Shown piece after piece: positions 1 to 11,870 of a stretch of 64,000 bases of DNA (position 1 is the first letter of the stretch; every line of letters begins with the position of its first letter). The stretch is from Octopus vulgaris (Eukaryota). Location of the stretch: the NCBI GenBank assembly GCA_951406725.2, contig OX597815.1, positions 114,080,001 through 114,144,000 on the forward strand. The letters are read 5' to 3'. The position numbers were made by a program, and so were the translations under genes. The notes under the pieces were generated by a model. It saw nothing but the letters and a program-made list of their open reading frames with translations. It made no database searches and was not told the origin of the DNA.

Positions 1-187
1 TTATAGCTTTGAAAAAATTGCTGTTAAAATCGAACCGCACTCTTCAAAACGTGCACTGAGAATAAGACCAATGTAAAATTACTACCTGCTTCTATAGCAA
101 GTTGATGCAGGTAGTTTATCCCGTCCCCCTCCAACTTTTAGTTGATGCAATTGAAAAAAAACGCATTATTAATAGGATGACCCAATA
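1..187 (-). mobile_element. Possible end of a Tc1/mariner-type element
   Basis: Minus strand begins TATTGGGTCATCCTATTAATAATGCG, resembling mariner-type TIR starts; the other end would lie outside the window. Confidence 0.3.
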
Positions 188-252
188 TATGTATGTATAT
201 ATGCATGTCCAGTCCATACCAGCATGGAAGACAGATGTTAAATGGTGTTATT

Positions 253-300
<48 letters not shown>

Positions 301-304
<4 letters not shown>

Positions 305-715
305 AAAACATTTTTTCTCAAAGTCAAACACATGTAATAAATCTTACTCATTATGCCCCCAACTCCCATGTGTATATAGGTTTGTATGTGTGTGTGTAAA
401 TATGTATATATATATATGCATATATACATACATACATACACACATATATATATATCATCATCATCATCATTTAACATCCATTGTCCATGCTGACATGGGT
501 TAGATGGTATGACCATTCTGATTTGGTGTAGTTTTCTCTGTAAAGTAGTTGGTGTTAGAAAGGGCACCGAGCCATAGAAACTACACCAAATCAAACTGGA
601 GTCAGGTGCAGCCCCCCCCCCAGTTTGCCAGCATGGACAACAGGCGTTAAATGATGATGACATATATATATATACATGTATATATGCATATATCTGTCTA
701 TCTCTCTCTCTCTAG

Positions 716-746
<31 letters not shown>

Positions 747-843
747 AACACATATATACATGTATACATACATACATGGGAGTTGCATACACAACAAGTA
801 AGATATACTGTATGTTTGACTTTGAGAAAAAAACGTTTTACAA
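301..843. repeat. Inverted duplication (fold-back) enclosing two opposed RTE 3' tails
   Basis: ttgtaaaacattttttctcaaagtcaaaca...aactcccatg at 301-370 is the reverse complement of catgggagttg...tgtttgactttgagaaaaaaacgttttacaa at 775-843. Confidence 0.8.
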
Positions 844-978
844 ATGTTCATTTCCTTACAAAAACTGTATCACCTTAAATGCATTAAAAGCACTATGTCA
901 TAATCTGAAAACTATTTCAATAAACTATTTCCATGCAACTCAAAAGCAAAAAAATATATATTTCTCTTTCCATTTCAG

Positions 979-1134
979 ATTGTGAATGAAGCAGCAAAAT
1001 TCCGATATCGTACTGGTAATCTATTTAATATTGGTGGTCTTACCATTCGTACACCTTCGGGTGCAGTAGGACATGGTGCCTTATACCATTCACAGAGCCC
1101 TGAAGCACTTTTTGCCCATGTCCCAGGACTAAAG
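979..1134 (+). CDS. BCKDHB: BCKDHB exon (156 bp)
   Basis: tttcag|ATT GTG AAT ... CTA AAG|gtgact; [10 protein letters not shown]...HVPGLK. Confidence 0.95.
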
Positions 1135-4100
1135 GTGACTATTATAATTTATTCAATAAGATCAATTGCAATCAAAAAAGAAAATTGACTATACAATTCT
1201 AAAAGCTCCTAGTCTATGGAATTTTCTGAAAGTTTTACTTGTATTTATATTTTACTTGGAAATACCCAAAATCAAAAAGAAAATATCTCTGGTGGTGGTG
1301 TAATGATAAAAACACCCTGCTTGCTCAACAGTTAATGAGTAATCTATTGAAACTTCAGACACACATCATGTGCCAACTTCATGACATGCAGCATGTACCA
1401 TCAAGATACTTTGAAAGAAGTTGTATTACAGGTATATGTGTGGAAGAGAAAGAGAGGTTTATATACACCAAACCCTGCTTTGTAAATTTATTAAACAAAT
1501 TTTGCATATTTCATATTACATGATATAAACTCTGCATAATATAAGTAATTTTTTAATGCATTAGAAGAGGAAGAACAGTGTCAATGAAATTTTACAAGGC
1601 CTTTAAAACTAGTTGTTGTAGGGAGAAAGATTATGACACTTGGATTACTATAATGGGAAGTGGAATGTAAGAAATATTAAGTTATTTATCCTTGGAGCAG
1701 GGAGCTAGTTTGGACAGTATAAAAGCAGGCAACCAACAAGGTCTTCCACCAGTTGGATATGTGAATGCTTAATTTTAAAGTAAGTGTTGTTCACATAATC
1801 AAATATGCAACTTTCTAGTCTGGTTCAGTTGTTTTCATGAAGCCTGTATTTTGTATCTTAAGATTCTTGCTTACAAATGGATATTTATATTATATAATGA
1901 AACTTATAAATCAGATATGATACCCAGATCCATCTAGATGAGCAGAATGACCCATCCAACACATAGCAACCAGATAGACAGACGTGGATGGACATGGACA
2001 GACAATTCTGGAACTATTGAAATGCAGTGAGGAAACAAGGAACAATATCAAGAGAGATGTTAAGCATTAGGTATAGTATACCCGAAAAAAAAATGAAAGT
2101 AAGAGTTTGCTAGTGTTCAGCAATGAGAGGGCCAGAGACCTGAGATGTTCCAGATTGCAAAGCAGTGTGTCAGTGCAAATCAAGATATTGTAGGGTAAAA
2201 GTATATACAAAATGATAGTAATGAGGCTGTCTTTGCCAACACCAAGATGTTTGAAAATTTTACTCCAAGAAGCCATTGACTGAGGATAATAAATGATAGA
2301 AAGAAGATTTAATCTAAGTAAAACAAACAGAAGGATCAGCTATTAAAGTTGACAGCTATATGATTGGAAGCATGATTAAAGGTATGAAGGCAGAGAAAGT
2401 AGCTGTAGCATGAGGGATAGTGAACAAATGAGCTGAGAAAAAACTGGGTATAAAAGAAAGCAGATGTAGTGAGCCAGAAAAGAGCCTGTGCTGATACCTG
2501 TAAGAGATGAGTTAGGTAAAGAAGTGCCAAGTGATCTAACTGTAGAAAAGGAAGACATAAAGTAATAGTGATCATTGATCTCACAAGATTGAACCTCTTA
2601 AAGATAATGACAAAGGACTCACACAATGGCAAGATGCTTTGATACAAAATACCCTATTCAATTCATGATGACAAAATAGACATAAAAATGAAGAATTTTC
2701 TTTTTTCAGGTTGTTATCCCACGTGGCCCAATTCAAGCAAAAGGTCTTCTTTTAAGCTGTATCAAAGACAGAAACCCTTGTATATTTTTTGAACCTAAAA
2801 TTCTTTATCGGTCATCGGTAGAAGAGGTTCCTGTCGGTTCCTTTGAAATACCATTGTCTAAAGCTGAAGTAATTGTGGAAGGTAAATCTTAAATTTTATT
2901 TAAATCTACCTGCTCCATTATTTCCTTGATATCAGTCATTTGTTCATTTTATGTTCATTTTTCCATGTTAGCATGGATTGGACATGTATTGAGGCATTGT
3001 TTTACACTTAGATGCCTTTCCTGTTTCTAATTCTGATGTGTTTTTCAAGTGAGGGATTTTTTAAAATTCCACTTGATCTCAAAAGCACAGAGGTGGAGAA
3101 CAATTTATTAACAGAATATCAACATAATGTCACTATTTTGTGTTCAGCACTTCCAGGCAAGAATGTAAATATGCTTGTACACACATATATGTATCAGCAT
3201 AGTGAAGGTGCATGGCCCAGTGGGTAGAGCATTGAACTCACAATCATGAGATACTGAGCTCAGTTCCTGAACTGGGATGTGTTGTGTTCTTGAGCAAGAT
3301 ACTTTATTTTTACATTGCTCCAGTTCACTCAACTCTAGAAATGAGTTGAGATGTCATTGATACCAAGCTGTATTGGCCTTTGCCTTTCCCTTGGATAACA
3401 TCGGTGGTGTGGAGAGGGGAGGCTGGTATGCATGGGTGATTGCTGGTCTTCCATAAACAACCTTGCCCAGATTTGTGCTTTGGAGGGTAACTTTCTAGGT
3501 GCAATCCCATGGTCATTCATGACTGAAGGGGTTTTTTACCCTTTATATGTGTGTGTGTGTATATATATATTGGAGTCTTTTGTGCATATGTGTATCCATG
3601 TATATATATATATCATCAACATCGTCATTTAATGTCTGTTTTCCATGCTGGCATGGATTGAATGATTTGACAGGACATGGTGAGCTGCAAGGCTATGTTG
3701 AGCTCCAGATCAGCTTTGGCACGATTTCTGTGAACAGAGGCCTTTCCTAATGCCAACCACTTTACAAACCAAAAATAAAAACTAATCTAACAGACCATGG
3801 AATTTTGCGGAAGAATAACAGTCATTCTTCTCTCATCGAAATTGGTGACTGTTTTAATTATATTCATTATATTAATTCTCTCTATATCTTTTGTATCATT
3901 GTGAGAAAATTACATTTGTTTTTTTTTAGTATTATTTTGTTCAACTATCTTAAAGCTTTTCAAAACAGTTGGTGAAAGATTTATCTTACTGAATACAGAG
4001 AGACATATCAACAAACGCATACACACATACATTCGGTGTCTTTGTATTGTCTAAATGTTATTACTTTCTTAGGTTCTGATGTAACACTTATTGGTTGGGG

Positions 4101-7100
4101 AACTCAGGTACATGTTCTACGAGAAGTTGCTACTATGGCAGAAGACCGTTTGAATGTTGGCTGTGATGTGATAGATCTGCGAACTATTTTACCCTGGGAC
4201 ACCGAAACAGTTATCAATGTAAGTTTCCATACAAATTATTTCTATATATTTCAAAATCTTTTAAATATTGCTAGCATTAATGATGATGGTCCAAGGTTGG
4301 GTAAATTAGTGATTTACCCAATGGTCATCCCTGATGTTAAAGAGGTGATACTGACGACAGTAGTATTAGTACCTATTAAAAATATCAGCTTGGTGCAAAA
4401 GTAATGTCCAATTTAAAGATCTATGGTAAAAATGAACAAGCCAATGACTATGGAAATATTTATTCATTAACATACTCTCCATTGCTTTCAATGACCTCAT
4501 TCCATCTTTCAACAACCAAATATCCTCAGATTGAACAGCAGACCAGAATACTTACATCAAAGCTGATTCCTTGAAAGCTTTCAGGGATCAGGCCATGTTA
4601 AACTGGGTGACAAATCAACCCTTCCACCCAGGAATTCATCATCATCATCATCTTTTAATGTCCATTGTCCATGCTGGCATGGGTTGGATGGTTTGATCAG
4701 GGCTGGTAAGCTGAGGGGCTGTACCAGACTCCAGTCTGATTTGGCATGGTTTCTACCGCTGGGTGTCCTTCCTAACATCAACCACTCCGAGAGTGTAATG
4801 GGTGCTTTTATGTGCCACCAGCACAGGTGCCAATTGTGTGACTTCAGTATCTGGCATGACTATGATTTTGTTTGGCTTGATGAGTCTTCTTCTCAAGCAC
4901 AGCATATTGCCAAAGATCTCAGTCATTTGTCATTACCTCTATGAGGCCCAACACTCGGAAGGTGCTTTTTACATGCCACAAGCACAGGTACCTGTTATGT
5001 GACACTGGCATTGGCCACATTACCTCTGTGAGGCCCAATGCTTGACAGGTGCTTTTTACATGCCACTGGCATGAGTGTCAGAGATGTCATGAAATCACTT
5101 AGTTTCTTCATCTGGCTTCTTTACAGTGAATTGACTACAGAATAGTTCCTATTAACATAAGTACATTGGAAAGCTGAGTAAAAGAAGTAGGTTCCAATAT
5201 TACAAACTGGAGAAGTTGATTTAAGGAACATAAGTTTGTTATTTTGAGTAGATACTAATAGCAAAAGAAGGAAGTAGATAGATTTTTAGCATTGAAATAT
5301 AAAGATAGTGTAATTGATGTAGTTAAGGTAGGCAAGATGTTAACTCCAGGTAAGCCTCGATTCAAACAGGCTTTTGATTAGTGGCATTCTGGTCACGATT
5401 GTCTTGTACTTTTCTATATTTATGACTGTGTTGTCCAGGGTGTCCTTTTTTTAAAACAGCAGGGTGTGGTTTGGGAGGGATTTGGCTGCTGTTTCTAGCA
5501 AACCAGGCAACCACACTACCTTGCTTGATATGTAGAAAGATATTAGGTAGGAATTTGGAGATGACTAGATAAACATGAATAGCAGTAGTAAATGTTCCGT
5601 TGAAATGAGGTGCATTAACTGTTTCTCAGATGAAGTTGATAATTTCTGCAATAAATAGTTAATAGTTTCTGTTACTAGTAATTAGTAGTGCTGGTGCTTG
5701 CAGTGAAAACATTGATACTTAAGTAATAAATTGTTGATGTTGTTGGCATCAAATGAGTTTATTTCTCTTTGCAAAATGTTGACAGCATGAGTCAGTAAGT
5801 TATGATTATTAAATACAAAAGATCTATTGAATCTAAAGAGAAATGATTTGAAGATGTAGCACTGTGTATGTGAAATTAACTGTCTTACTTGGGATGCAGA
5901 ACACAAGTAAACTAAGAGGGTACATTAGTATTAAAGGTATCACCAATAAAATGTTTAAATCATACTCAATTTTTTTCTTCTTGTTTTTTAGTCAGTACGA
6001 AAGACTGGTCGTGCATTGGTTGCCCATGAAGCCCCTATTACAGCAGGATTTGGTGCTGAAATTGTATCTACCATTCAGGTATGGAAACATTTTTTTGAAA
6101 TTGTTAGCAATAAGTTTTATAGTTTTATTCTAAATGTCAAAATTGCGAATACTTAAGTTTATCTTATCTAGAAATATGGAACACTAATAAATTAAAAATG
6201 GGAAAAATTTGAAAAGGTATGTATTTATAATGATGACATATGTGCAGGAGTGGCTGTGTGGTAAATAGCTTGCTTACTAACCACATGGTCCCGGATTCAG
6301 TCCTGCTGCATGGCACCTTGGGCAAGTGTCTTTTACTATAGCTTCAGGCCGACCAAAGCCTTTTGAGTGGATTTGGTAGACAGAAACTGAAAGAAGCCCG
6401 TCGTATATATATGTGTGTGTGTGTTTGTCCCCCCACCATTGCATAACAACTGATGTTGGAGTATTTACATCCCCGTAACTTAGTGGTTTGGCAAAAGATA
6501 CTGATAGAATAAGAACAAGTCCTGGGGTTGACTTGTTCAACTGAAGGCGGTGCTCCAGTATTGCCACAATCAAATGACTGAAACAAATAAAAGAATATAG
6601 TAATAATAATAACAATAATGATAATTGTTTGAAATTTTGTCACAAGGCCAGCAATTTTAGGGGGAGGAGGTTATTTTATCAACCCTGAAAGGATGAAAGG
6701 CAAAACCGACCTCATCAGCTCAGAATGTAAAGAGCCTGGAGAAATACTGCCAGGTATTTTTCCTACACACTAATGATTCTGCCAGCTCACTGTCTTATCA
6801 ATAATAATTGTTTCAAATTTTGGTTTAAGGCTTGTAATTTCGGTGGAAGGGTTAAGTCAATTATATCATCCCCAGTGCTCAGCCACAAAAGAATGAAAGG
6901 CAAAGTCGACTTTGGTGGATTGTAACTCAGAACATAAAGATGGATGAAATGTCATTAAGTGTTTTCCCTGGCACAGTAATGATTCTGCTAGCTGACTGCC
7001 TTATTATTATCATCATTATTATTGTTATTAAGGCAGTGTGCTGGCAGAATTGTTAGCGTGCTAGATGAAATGCTTAGTGGTATTTTGCCTGTCGCTACAT

Positions 7101-8464
7101 TCTGAGTTTAAATTCTGCTGAGGTCGACTTTGCCTTTCATCCTTTCAGGGTCAATATATTAAGTACCAATTGCAAGGCAGCGAGCTGGCAGAAATATTAG
7201 CATGCCTGGCGAAATGCTTAGTGGTATTTCGTCTGCCGCTAGGTTCTGAGTTTAAATTCCGCCAAGGTCGACTTTGTCTTTCATCCTTTCGGGTTCGATA
7301 TATTAAGTACCAGTTACGCACTGGGGTCGATATAATTGACGTAATCCGTTTGTCTGTCATTGTTTGTCCCCTCTATGTTTAGCCCCTTGTGGGCAATAAG
7401 GAAATAAGTACCAATTACACACTGGGGTCAATGTAGTCGACTAGCCCATTCCCCCAAAATTTCAGGCCTTGTGCCTGTAGTTGAAAGGATTATTACCTCC
7501 GCCTTGGCGAAGGCATAGGTATTGTTTTCAGTCGTGTTTGTTTGTTTGTTTGTCTGTGGACAACATATCTCAAGAACCACTGGATGGATTCAGATGAAAC
7601 TTTCAGAGATGTTTGGCCTCATGACTGGCAGGAACTGATTAGATTTTGGGATTGATCCATCACCAGACAAGGATTCTGAATTCGTTTTTTTTAAAATTAA
7701 TTTTTGAGTTTTTGAGAGTGGTTGGGTTCATTTTTAGTATTCTTTGTGAGAGCGGTTGAGTTTATTTCAGATATTCTCATTTTAAAAATCATCTCTGGCT
7801 AATTGTTGAGAGGACATTGGCTGAGTGCGCTTCTTCTTCTTCTTCTTGCTGTTGCTGCTGCTGTTGTTGTTGTTAAGGCAGTGAGCTAGCAGAGTCATTA
7901 ATGTACTGTCTAGGAGCCTCACAAATCCAACATCACCCTATCAAGGGCATGAGCCCTCACAATGGCATCTAACAAAAGCACAAGGTCACAAATTTGAGGA
8001 ATATAGATACAGTTGATCTAATCAGTCTCAGTATTTGACTAGTACTTATTTAATCTGACCCTCGAAGAGGAAAAGCAATGTCAAACTAGGTGAGATTTGA
8101 ACTCAGAATGTAGCTAAGTTCTACAAGACATTTCGTTTGATATTTACTGATCTTGCCAAAACCACCATGCATAATAATGAAATTCACATGGAAATTGTTT
8201 TAATGAATAATCTTAATACACCAATAAATTTTCACACTTGCTAGTTATCTACCTATATATGTATATTCTGTAAACATAGGAATCTAATATATTTTTCTTC
8301 TTATCCACATTGTATCATTGCAGTCCGAATGCTTCCTCCACTTAGAAGCTCCTGTGAAACGTGTCTGTGGCTATGACACCCCATTTTCACATACTCACGA
8401 ACCTTTCTATTTACCTGACAAATGGAGATGTTTTGAAGGTGTTAAGCAACTGATTAACTTTTGA
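979..8464 (+). CDS. BCKDHB: Branched-chain alpha-keto acid dehydrogenase E1 beta subunit, 3' part (last 5 coding exons; 5' exons lie upstream of the window)
   Basis: Exons 979-1134, 2710-2881, 4073-4218, 5992-6078 and 8324-8464 are joined by GT-AG introns and stay in frame. Translation [17 protein letters not shown]...[13 protein letters not shown]...[20 protein letters not shown]...WGTQVHV...DLRTILPWD...[12 protein letters not shown]...[19 protein letters not shown]...FYLPDKWRC...INF* matches the BCKDHB C-terminal half as I recall it. Confidence 0.97.
2710..2881 (+). CDS. BCKDHB: BCKDHB exon (172 bp)
   Basis: tttcag|GTT GTT ATC CCA ... GTG GAA G|gtaaat; [17 protein letters not shown]...; not in the supplied ORF track. 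Confidence 0.95.
3207..3545 (+). mobile_element. tRNA-derived SINE (CORE-like centre)
   Basis: A-box-like tggcccagtggg, degenerate B-box, then gtgttcttgagcaagatac...gctccagttcactca. Confidence 0.6.
4073..4218 (+). CDS. BCKDHB: BCKDHB exon (146 bp)
   Basis: tcttag|GT TCT GAT ... ATC AAT|gtaagt; [12 protein letters not shown]...PWDTETVIN. Confidence 0.95.
4636..5080 (-). mobile_element. RTE-type LINE 3' UTR fragment
   Basis: (CAT)n-ttaatgtcc...ccatgctggcatgggttggatggtttga tail, shared with the RT-bearing copies at 24344-25320 and 55897-57632. Confidence 0.8.
5992..6078 (+). CDS. BCKDHB: BCKDHB exon (87 bp)
   Basis: ttttag|TCA GTA CGA ... ATT CAG|gtatgg; [29 protein letters not shown]. Confidence 0.95.
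6243..6600 (+). mobile_element. Full-length octopus-type tRNA SINE (CORE-like ccttgggcaagtgtc, internal (TA)n(TG)n)
   Basis: tRNA-like head ggagtggctgtgtggtaa; related copies at 9829-10050, 10552-10940, 15474-15715, 16996-17265, 21685-21830 and 60660-60820. Confidence 0.8.
6620..7490. mobile_element. Cluster of Nin-domain SINEs (two on -, two nested on +)
   Basis: Recurrent gcctttcatcctttcggggtcgata..taagtacca (Nin/Deu-like domain); inner copy 7175-7404 is flanked by the direct repeat taagtaccaatt. Confidence 0.8.
7491..7833 (+). mobile_element. Non-autonomous Helentron/DINE-1-like (HINE) element
   Basis: Starts tattacctccgccttggcgaagg (short inverted repeat), followed by a (GTTT)n/GTCT microsatellite, an atgaaacttt...attttgg core, and a ctgagtgc end. 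Confidence 0.65.
8324..8464 (+). CDS. BCKDHB: BCKDHB terminal coding exon
   Basis: ttgcag|TCC GAA TGC ... AAC TTT TGA; [10 protein letters not shown]...QLINF*. Confidence 0.95.
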   Translation, partial: SECFLHLEAPVKRVCGYDTPFSHTHEPFYLPDKWRCFEGVKQLINF

Positions 8465-8596
8465 TTGGATTGTAGTAATTATTTTTTTTATCAAAATATA
8501 TAGATACTCCAAATCACTTGATTGAAATTATTGTACAGTTATTAAGGGCAACTCTATTTACTGTTGAAAAAGCACACTAAAGAATGTATGGGTTTG

Positions 8597-8606
8597 AATA
8601 AATAAA
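8597..8606 (+). terminator. Candidate polyadenylation signal of BCKDHB (overlapping AATAAA hexamers)
   Basis: aataaataaa about 135 nt after the stop codon. Confidence 0.5.
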
Positions 8607-10551
8607 AGTAATTTCTAAAATGCTAATTTTTTTACTAATTACAGCTTGTGAGTTACAACGGTGCTGTGGCTATTTTTTTATTTTAACCATGAAAGTTTTT
8701 TCTGTGGAACCTTAAATTCATTGTTATTATCCATATTATCAAACATAGTTGTTAAGTTTTACTTTCAGGTCAGCCCTCAACGAGCAGATATAGATAATTT
8801 ATTCTATCAAGATCAGCTCTTTTCTTTTTTCCTAGTAGTGAAATACATTACCTACTGTGTCAGTTTTTTTAAACAGTGGGAACTAATTTGAGGGAAATCT
8901 GGCACTATTTCTACAAGGTTGATTGATTATGTAAAGGATCCCATCATCTTCCTAACACCAACCACTCAGCAGATTCAAACCTTTAGTGACAAATATCTAA
9001 TGAAATATCCACAATTTATGTGTTTCAAGAAATTTTGAAAATAATCTACAATTTCAAGGTAATTAATTAAATGACCATTTATTATTAAGCAGTAAATGTT
9101 TCATACATTGGAAGAGTTTGATTTAAAAAGGAAGGCTTTAAAATGAGATGTTTTTATATCAAAGAACCAGACAGGGTTTGACAGGATGTTGGAAGAATTT
9201 GGTGACCAATAGAAAGAGCAAGTAAATTTAGAACAAAGAAGTGAGACTTTGAATCAGAGAAACTGGATATTTTTATTGCTGATATTTGGAATAGTAGACT
9301 TTTTTTCATAGCAGACATGATTTTGCAAAGTGAACTTAGATTATAGATGGTAGTCTGTCTCAGTAGTTTAGTTGATATGCAATATGAATATGAATGTTCG
9401 TCTCATTTTTTCTAAACCATTATAAGCTATGATCCCTTCTTTGCAGAGTTGATAAAGTAAACACTTTTGATGAGCTTGTATAGACAGGTAAGAACTAATC
9501 AAGTTGTATTTCACCCACTTCTGCAGAGAAGGCCTTCAGTCTATACTTGCAACTTCAAGGCCCAATATATATATAGTTATAATAATTACTTATACAGTAG
9601 CAATTCCCACTTATGATGCTATAATGTACTGCAGAATACATCTAAAGATTTCAGCCAATACTGAGTATATTTAATTAATTTACACATACACTGTATCTAT
9701 AGATTTATCTTGAAGTACATTATGACATCAAACAAACACTGTTAAAGCATCGGTATTAAATTAGCTACCAAAAATGCATCATCTATGCAAATCAGTATAT
9801 CCACTTTAATTAAGCCTTTAGTAATAATTACTCTTCTACGTGTTTCAGCCATTTGACTGTGGCCATGCTGGAGCACCACCTTTAGTCAAGCAAATCGACC
9901 CCAGGACTTATTCTTAGTAAGCCTAGTACTTATTCTATCGGTCACTTTTGCCAAACTGCTAAGTTATGTGGATGTAAACACACCAGCATCAGTTGTCAAT
10001 TGATGAGTGGGACAAACATATACACACACACATACATACATATATATGTAATCAATGCTACATATGGCTTTAGTTTGTATCACTGATCTGGAAACCCCTA
10101 TCTTGTCCAGAATATTAGTCTATTGAAAGTTCTCCTGAAACATGTAACCAAATGAATATTCTCTGTCAGTCACTTGCCATATCTTGACTGTATTGCTTCT
10201 CTAGGTATTGACATGCTGAAGTTTCAACATCTAGCAGCTGACTTGGAGCCCACAGGATTATGCACCATCTTTCCAACAACAACTTTAGCCACCTTTTTGA
10301 ATTAAGTATCTCTACCATCCATGGATATGCTTATAAAATCAAAAAGCAGTACAATAGCCATGACTCATCATCATCGTTTAACGTCCTCCTTCCATGCTGG
10401 CATGGGTGGGATGGTTTAACAAGAGCTGGCCAGGCAGAAGCCTGCTCCAGACTTCTGTAACTGTTTTGGCAGGACTTTTACAGCTGGATGCCCTTCCTAA
10501 CACCAACCACTCAGCAGAGTGGACTTAATGCTTTTTACATGGCACAAGCAA

Positions 10552-10940
10552 TTACTCTTTTACTCGTTTCAGACATTTGACTGTGGCCATGCTGGAGCAC
10601 CACTTTAATCGAGCAAATCGACCCCAGGACTTATTCTTTGTAAGCCTAGTACTTATTCTATCGGTCACTTTTGCCGAACCGCTAAGTTACATGGACATAA
10701 ACACACCAGCATCGGTTGTCAAGTGATGTTGCGGGGACAGACACAGAAACATATACACACACACATACATACATACATATATTTATATATATATATATAT
10801 ATATATATGATGGGCTTCTTTCAGTTTCCATCTACCAAATCCACTCACAAGGCTTTGGTCGGCCCAAGGCTATAGTAGAAGACACTTGCCCAAGGTACCA
10901 CGCAGTGGGAATGAACCTGGAACCATGTGATTGGTAAGCA
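10552..10940 (-). mobile_element. Full-length octopus-type tRNA SINE
   Basis: Reverse complement of the family at 6243-6600. Confidence 0.8.
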
Positions 10941-11407
10941 CATTTTAGAAACATTTTTTTTTATACTCAGAATTGCTAAAGCATAGAATAAACTACCTAT
11001 ATCAGTTGTTAGTTGTCAAGACATTATCTTCAAAAATTCTATGCATTCCAAAATTTGTCAACATTTTCTCTTTCCCTGTTCATTTTTCTTTTTGTGTTTT
11101 ATTCTCTGTTCTATGCATGTACTTCTAACTTTCGTTGCTGTATTCCTTTCCTTGACTTATGGCTTCTTCTGTCCTCATTTTCAAGGAGTTGTAGTGCACC
11201 TGAGCACTGTGTACAATAAGCTCATTATTATTTCAAATTTCTGCAGTCTACTCAGCTGAAAATGAATGCAGCCCCCTTTCTCTCTCTTTTCTTTCTCTTA
11301 TCATATCCTCCATAATCTATTTGATCTGGTGTAGAAGGACTAAGAAAACATTTAAGTCTGCTTGCAATAACATGGATATCTAAAATAATGAAAGCATGTA
11401 CCACGCT

Positions 11408-11712
11408 GGAGGCACAATGGCCCAGTGGTTAGGGGAGCAGACTTGCAGTTGGGGGATCGCTGTTTTGATTCCCAGACCGGGCGTTGTGAGTGTTTATTGA
11501 GTGAAAACACCTACCTAAAAGCTCCACAACGCTCTAGCAGGGAGTGGTGGCGACCCCTGTTGTACTCTTTCACCACAACTTTCTCTCACTCTCTCTTCCT
11601 TTTTCTTGAGTAATGCTGCGATGGACTGGCATCCTGTCCAGCTGGGGGGAACACATACACCACAGAAACTGGGAAACCGGGCCCATGAGCCTGGCTAGGC
11701 TTGAAAAGGGTA
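11408..11712 (+). mobile_element. tRNA-derived SINE with Meta-like domain
   Basis: A-box tggcccagtggttagg, B-box-like ttgattccc, and ctgcgatggactggcatcctgtccagctggggg resembling the MetaSINE central domain; an older minus-strand relative lies at about 51150-51400. Confidence 0.65.
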
Positions 11713-11870
11713 ACGCTTTATGTACCATGCTATCAAGTCGTTACTCACTCACAAATGCTGACCATGATTTATTTTTATCATAGAAAAATGATTATAAAAC
11801 AATGGTAACAAAAATAAAATATTTATTGTTGATGAACATATAGATGTATACACGCTTATATACACATAAA

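Noticed and set aside
102-878. ORFs rich in YI/HT/CV repeats (also near 23939-24338, 25879-26269, 26858-27326 and 49238-49575)
   Set aside because: Translations of (TA)n, (CA)n and (TG)n microsatellites.
1900-2640. Purine-rich stretch possibly from an old LINE
   Set aside because: Too decayed to recover diagnostic motifs.
11410-11480. tRNA-like sequences (also 3207-3275, 6245-6315 and 58645-58710)
   Set aside because: SINE heads continuing into SINE bodies or decayed; no intact cloverleaf.
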